19,258 nucleotides of DNA from Opitutales bacterium (GTDB lineage: Bacteria > Verrucomicrobiota > Verrucomicrobiia > Opitutales > UBA953): positions 1 to 19,258 of the forward strand of contig JBBAUX010000006.1 in NCBI GenBank assembly GCA_040398005.1, in the 5' to 3' direction. The notes beneath the pieces were generated by a model, which was not told where the DNA came from, searched no databases, and worked only from the letters and a program-made list of their open reading frames with translations. Shown here piece by piece: positions 15,880-19,258 of this stretch. How positions within the stretch are numbered: position 1 is the stretch's first letter; each line of letters begins with the position of its first letter. The translations under genes and the position numbers were made by a program.

Positions 15880-18246
15880 ATGTCGGAACAACGTCTCATC
15901 CTGCCCGACCTCTGGCAACAGACCGCCCTTCGCGCCCTTCGTGCAAGGAAGGACGTGATTGTACAAGCACCGACGGGCTCAGGAAAGACCCACGTCTTCG
16001 AGTTATTTATTAAAGGCGGCCACCAAGGCCAAGCCGTGTACACGGTACCGACCCGAGCTCTGGCCAATGACAAACGGGCCGAATGGTCCGAACTGGGCTG
16101 GGATGTCGGCATTGCCACGGGCGATATCAGCGAAAATCTAAACGCCCCGATCATCGTCGCTACTCTGGAAACCCAACGTCAGAAATTTCTGGAAAATAAG
16201 GGGCCCGATTTATTAGTCATCGATGAATATCAAATGCTCACCGATAACCGTCGCGGTGCAGCCTACGAAACTGTTTTAGCCCTCGCTCCGAAAACAACAC
16301 AGCTGCTTTTACTCAGTGGCAGCGTCGCCAATCCTAAAGCAGTGGTCGAATGGCTTACCTCACTCGGACGCGAGGTCACCCTCGTCGAAGAACACCGCCG
16401 ACCCGTCCCCTTAGAAGAAATCTGGCTAGATGCACTTGAGACAAAAGAACCTGAAGGCGTTCGCAGTAGCATCGCACGGGCGGTGATTAAGGGTCTGCAG
16501 TCCGACCTTGGACCAATTTTAGTTTTCGCGCCTCGCAGAAAAGCCGCCGAACAAATCGCCAAAGACATCGCCTATGCCCTGCCCCTCGGCAATGGACCAC
16601 AGTTAACAGCAGAACAGAGAAAATTAGCTGGGGATGATTTATATAAATTATTAAGACAAGGCGTTGGCCTACATCACAGCGGATTAACCTATCAACAACG
16701 GAGCGAACTGATCGAACCCTGGGCAAAATCTGGCAAATTAGATGTCGTCGTGGCAACCACCGGACTGGCCGCTGGGATTAATTTTTCTCTGCGTTCGGTA
16801 CTCGTTACGGATCGAAAATATACCACCGAACATGCGGCACAAGAAATTCGGCCCGACGAATTATTGCAGATGTTTGGTCGGGCAGGTCGACGCGGACTCG
16901 ATGAAAAAGGTTATGCTCTGTGGTCGGGCGACTCACCCCGACTCGGCGAAGCAAAGCCTTTGCAAATCAAACGCAGTAAGGGATTGGACTGGCCGGCTAT
17001 ACTTACGGTGATGCGTCACTCGGATCAGCATAAAGAGTCGGCTCAGAAATTTGTACAAAGCCTATTCACGCGTGAAACGATTGAGCTGGGACTGAGCAAT
17101 CTCACTGAAATTGAAAATACTCCGACTGAGGAACTTCCAGGCACCATCCGTCGCGTTGAGGAAATGTTAGGACGAAACGGAATTTGGCAGCGTATCCGTC
17201 CCAGCAAGGTAGTACCCATGAGCGAAGCACTCATCAGAATTAAAGGTGAATGGTATCCGGCGCTTTCGAAGCCTGATTCACTCAAAGCCGTGACTTACGG
17301 AACACCGTGTAAAATTAAGCAAGAGAATGACGTCACGTTTTATGGTCGAATCGTTCCGCTGGCCCATTTCCCGAAGACTAATGAAACCAATGGCTTAACC
17401 CCGGTAGAATGGCTGCGAAAAGCCCTTCAAAAATGGGCAGGCAAGAAACCACGGACCACGATTTGGACTCTTGAACAAATCGAAAAAGAAATTTTGCCGC
17501 TTTTGCCTCAGCTCACGCAAGGTGGACGTCCGATTGAGGGCATCCAAATCCAACGCGAAACGGTGATGGTTAAATTAGATTATTCCTCGGCCCAAGTTCG
17601 CGTGATTCCTGACGCGCAGGAAGAAAATCTCATTAATCCGGACCGACGCTTTGTTGATAAAGAAGATATTAATCTAAAAAATGTTTTGGGAACTAATCAG
17701 TCACAACTCTTCACCGCGCAGTCGGGTAAACTTTGGCTCAAGCTAAAGCTCATCAAAGCCGATGGAACGCCAACCGAACGTGGACAAATTGCTTCACTCT
17801 TTCAACATGGTGAAGGACTAGCAGTCGCTGCCGCGCTTGAAGATGAAACCTATAATGTCGAAGACCTTTGCTGGGATCTTGCGGAGCTGCGGGCCGGCGA
17901 CCGACTCGGAGCGGTGGCGAGAAACTCCAGTCGACTCGGTGCTTGCTGTCGCCTGACTTATAAATCTCTGACTGCGGAAGGCTATCTGCATGACGGATTA
18001 CCCGACGGATTTGGTGAAGGCTGTGCAGAATTACTAAAAGATTTCGCGCTGCATAATAAAACTAGTCAGTCCACTGACCCCGATGGACGTGGACCCGGGC
18101 GGGGTGATTTAGAAAGAGCTCTGCTGGAATGGCGGAGTACGCTTCGACTTATTTCTAATGGTGAAAGCGGATTTTCGGAGCGCTGGGACCAGCTACAGAA
18201 ATCAGCTAAGTCAGTTCTCGCGCAAATCACACCGGACCACTCTTAA
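15880..18246 (+). CDS. SF2 Ski2-like (HelY-type) DEAD/DEAH-box helicase, ~788 aa
   Basis: APTGSGKT, PTRALAN, DEYQ (motif II variant), LLSGS, HHSGL, TTGLAAGINF and QMFGRAGRRG. Likely start is ATG 15880 (MSEQRL). Confidence 0.9.
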   Translation: MSEQRLILPDLWQQTALRALRARKDVIVQAPTGSGKTHVFELFIKGGHQGQAVYTVPTRALANDKRAEWSELGWDVGIATGDISENLNAPIIVATLETQRQKFLENKGPDLLVIDEYQMLTDNRRGAAYETVLALAPKTTQLLLLSGSVANPKAVVEWLTSLGREVTLVEEHRRPVPLEEIWLDALETKEPEGVRSSIARAVIKGLQSDLGPILVFAPRRKAAEQIAKDIAYALPLGNGPQLTAEQRKLAGDDLYKLLRQGVGLHHSGLTYQQRSELIEPWAKSGKLDVVVATTGLAAGINFSLRSVLVTDRKYTTEHAAQEIRPDELLQMFGRAGRRGLDEKGYALWSGDSPRLGEAKPLQIKRSKGLDWPAILTVMRHSDQHKESAQKFVQSLFTRETIELGLSNLTEIENTPTEELPGTIRRVEEMLGRNGIWQRIRPSKVVPMSEALIRIKGEWYPALSKPDSLKAVTYGTPCKIKQENDVTFYGRIVPLAHFPKTNETNGLTPVEWLRKALQKWAGKKPRTTIWTLEQIEKEILPLLPQLTQGGRPIEGIQIQRETVMVKLDYSSAQVRVIPDAQEENLINPDRRFVDKEDINLKNVLGTNQSQLFTAQSGKLWLKLKLIKADGTPTERGQIASLFQHGEGLAVAAALEDETYNVEDLCWDLAELRAGDRLGAVARNSSRLGACCRLTYKSLTAEGYLHDGLPDGFGEGCAELLKDFALHNKTSQSTDPDGRGPGRGDLERALLEWRSTLRLISNGESGFSERWDQLQKSAKSVLAQITPDHS

Positions 18247-18300
18247 AAATATTTACCTGATTAGAGGTTAGAAAACTCGTTCAATTTGAGGTGAGTGGAG

Positions 18301-18329
18301 TTTAAACTTTTCAAATTAGGGAATAAAAT
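18301..18329 (+). promoter_or_regulatory. Putative rnpB promoter
   Basis: TTTAAA-17nt-TAAAAT ending about 15 nt upstream of the P1 helix. Confidence 0.5.
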
Positions 18330-18344
18330 GTAGAGTGTTGGGAC

Positions 18345-18713
18345 AGTCATATATGCGTATTCGCACGGGTTAAACCGTGAGGAAAGTCCGGACACCACAG
18401 GGTAGGATTCCCGCCGCAAGTCGGGGCACGGCGCAAGTCGTGACGGACAGTGCCACAGAGAAGATACCGCCGTTACCGCAAGGAAAACGGTAAGGGTGAA
18501 AAGGTGGGGTAAGAGCCCACCGCTCCAAGGGTAACCGAGGAGGCAAGGTAAACCCAATCCGGTGCAAGATAAACAGGAGCCGCTACTAGGTCACCCACCG
18601 AGGCTCCGGGTTGTCGCATCGCCGCAAGGCGGGACTTAAAACGTCAGAGAAATGAATACGCAGAGGTAAGGTGAGTACCCCCTCAGACAGAATCCGGCTT
18701 ATAGTATATGACT
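18345..18713 (+). ncRNA. rnpB: RNase P RNA, bacterial type A
   Basis: Conserved blocks GAGGAAAGTCCGG, AGTGCCACAGA, GGGTGAAAAGGTGGGGTAAGAGCCCACC, GGTAAACCC, AGAAATGA and ACAGAATCCGGCTTA. P1 pairs AGTCATATA with TATATGACT. Confidence 0.97.
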
Positions 18714-18721
18714 CAACAGAC

Positions 18722-18757
18722 GGAGAGCTGATCGGAGACGATCGGCTCTCCCCCTTT
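18722..18757 (+). terminator. Strong hairpin after rnpB (probable terminator)
   Basis: GGAGAGCTGATCG-GAGA-CGATCGGCTCTCC: 13-bp stem, GNRA loop, weak CCCTTT tail. Confidence 0.65.
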
Positions 18758-18812
18758 GTGCTTGTGGTTAACTTCTTGCCATAAAAGCCCTGCCCGACAT
18801 CGATTAGCGTTC

Positions 18813-19258
18813 ATGGAGAATGTTGCAGCAGCCAAGGCCCTGGAGAACCTACTGCAACAGGACACTCGTATTTTAATTCTAGCTCCACATCCCGACGACG
18901 AATGTCTCGGTACTGGTGGATTGATTCAAAAGGCACTCGCCAAAGGAGCTAATATTAAAGTTATTTTTATTACCAACGGTGATAATAATCCGTGGCCACA
19001 AAGGTATCTGGAAAAAAGATGGTTCGTCGGACCCGAAGAAAGAAAACGCTGGGGCGACCGAAGAAAAACCGAAGCTCAAAACTCACTAGAAATTCTTGGG
19101 GGCGGTAAAGTAGCTACGGCGTTCCTTGGCTTACCCGACGCTGGAATTTTAAATCTTTGGAAAGAAGGCGACCATCATCTTTTAGAAGTCTTAACCAGCG
19201 AGTTTATCGCCTGGCAGCCCACCCTGCTCGTTCTACCCAGTGAATTTGACCGACATTC
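18813..19258 (+). CDS. PIG-L/LmbE family deacetylase (5' part, runs off the window; absent from the ORF track)
   Basis: Manual translation gives MENVAAAKALENLLQQDTRILILAPHPDDECLGTGGLIQ...VIFITNGD...RRKTEA...FLGLPD, containing the HPDDE zinc-binding motif. Confidence 0.9.
   Translation, partial: MENVAAAKALENLLQQDTRILILAPHPDDECLGTGGLIQKALAKGANIKVIFITNGDNNPWPQRYLEKRWFVGPEERKRWGDRRKTEAQNSLEILGGGKVATAFLGLPDAGILNLWKEGDHHLLEVLTSEFIAWQPTLLVLPSEFDRH

Noticed and set aside
18261..18567. ORFs 18261-18557 and 18370-18567 on the minus strand
   Set aside because: Antisense to the RNase P RNA, a typical spurious call.
18879..19079. 66-aa minus-strand ORF
   Set aside because: Antisense to the PIG-L deacetylase, which has a clear HPDDE motif.

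Overview
Bacterial chromosomal window. Gene style suggests Verrucomicrobiota/Opitutales, but this is an unverified inference. The left ~2.1 kb is accessory. It holds a long HUH (Y1) REP-associated tyrosine transposase (RAYT) gene bracketed by two inverted copies of a 70-bp palindromic doublet (GGGGTCAGAC...CTGACCCC x2). A third copy, in direct orientation, tightly encloses an ADP-ribosylglycohydrolase gene like a cassette. The rest is mostly housekeeping: AEC-family permease, tmRNA (ssrA, tag AKNTITFENGNALALAA), a HEAT-THUMP-methyltransferase fusion, glutamate synthase gltB/gltD, an inositol-monophosphatase-family gene, a small membrane protein, PEP carboxylase (ppc) with an apparently altered aspartate-inhibition site, a Ski2-like helicase with a DEYQ motif, RNase P RNA (rnpB) and a truncated PIG-L deacetylase. 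The best candidate for an undescribed system is the RAYT plus repeat-delimited gene cassette, which may continue left of the window. All alignments were done by eye and no searches were run.
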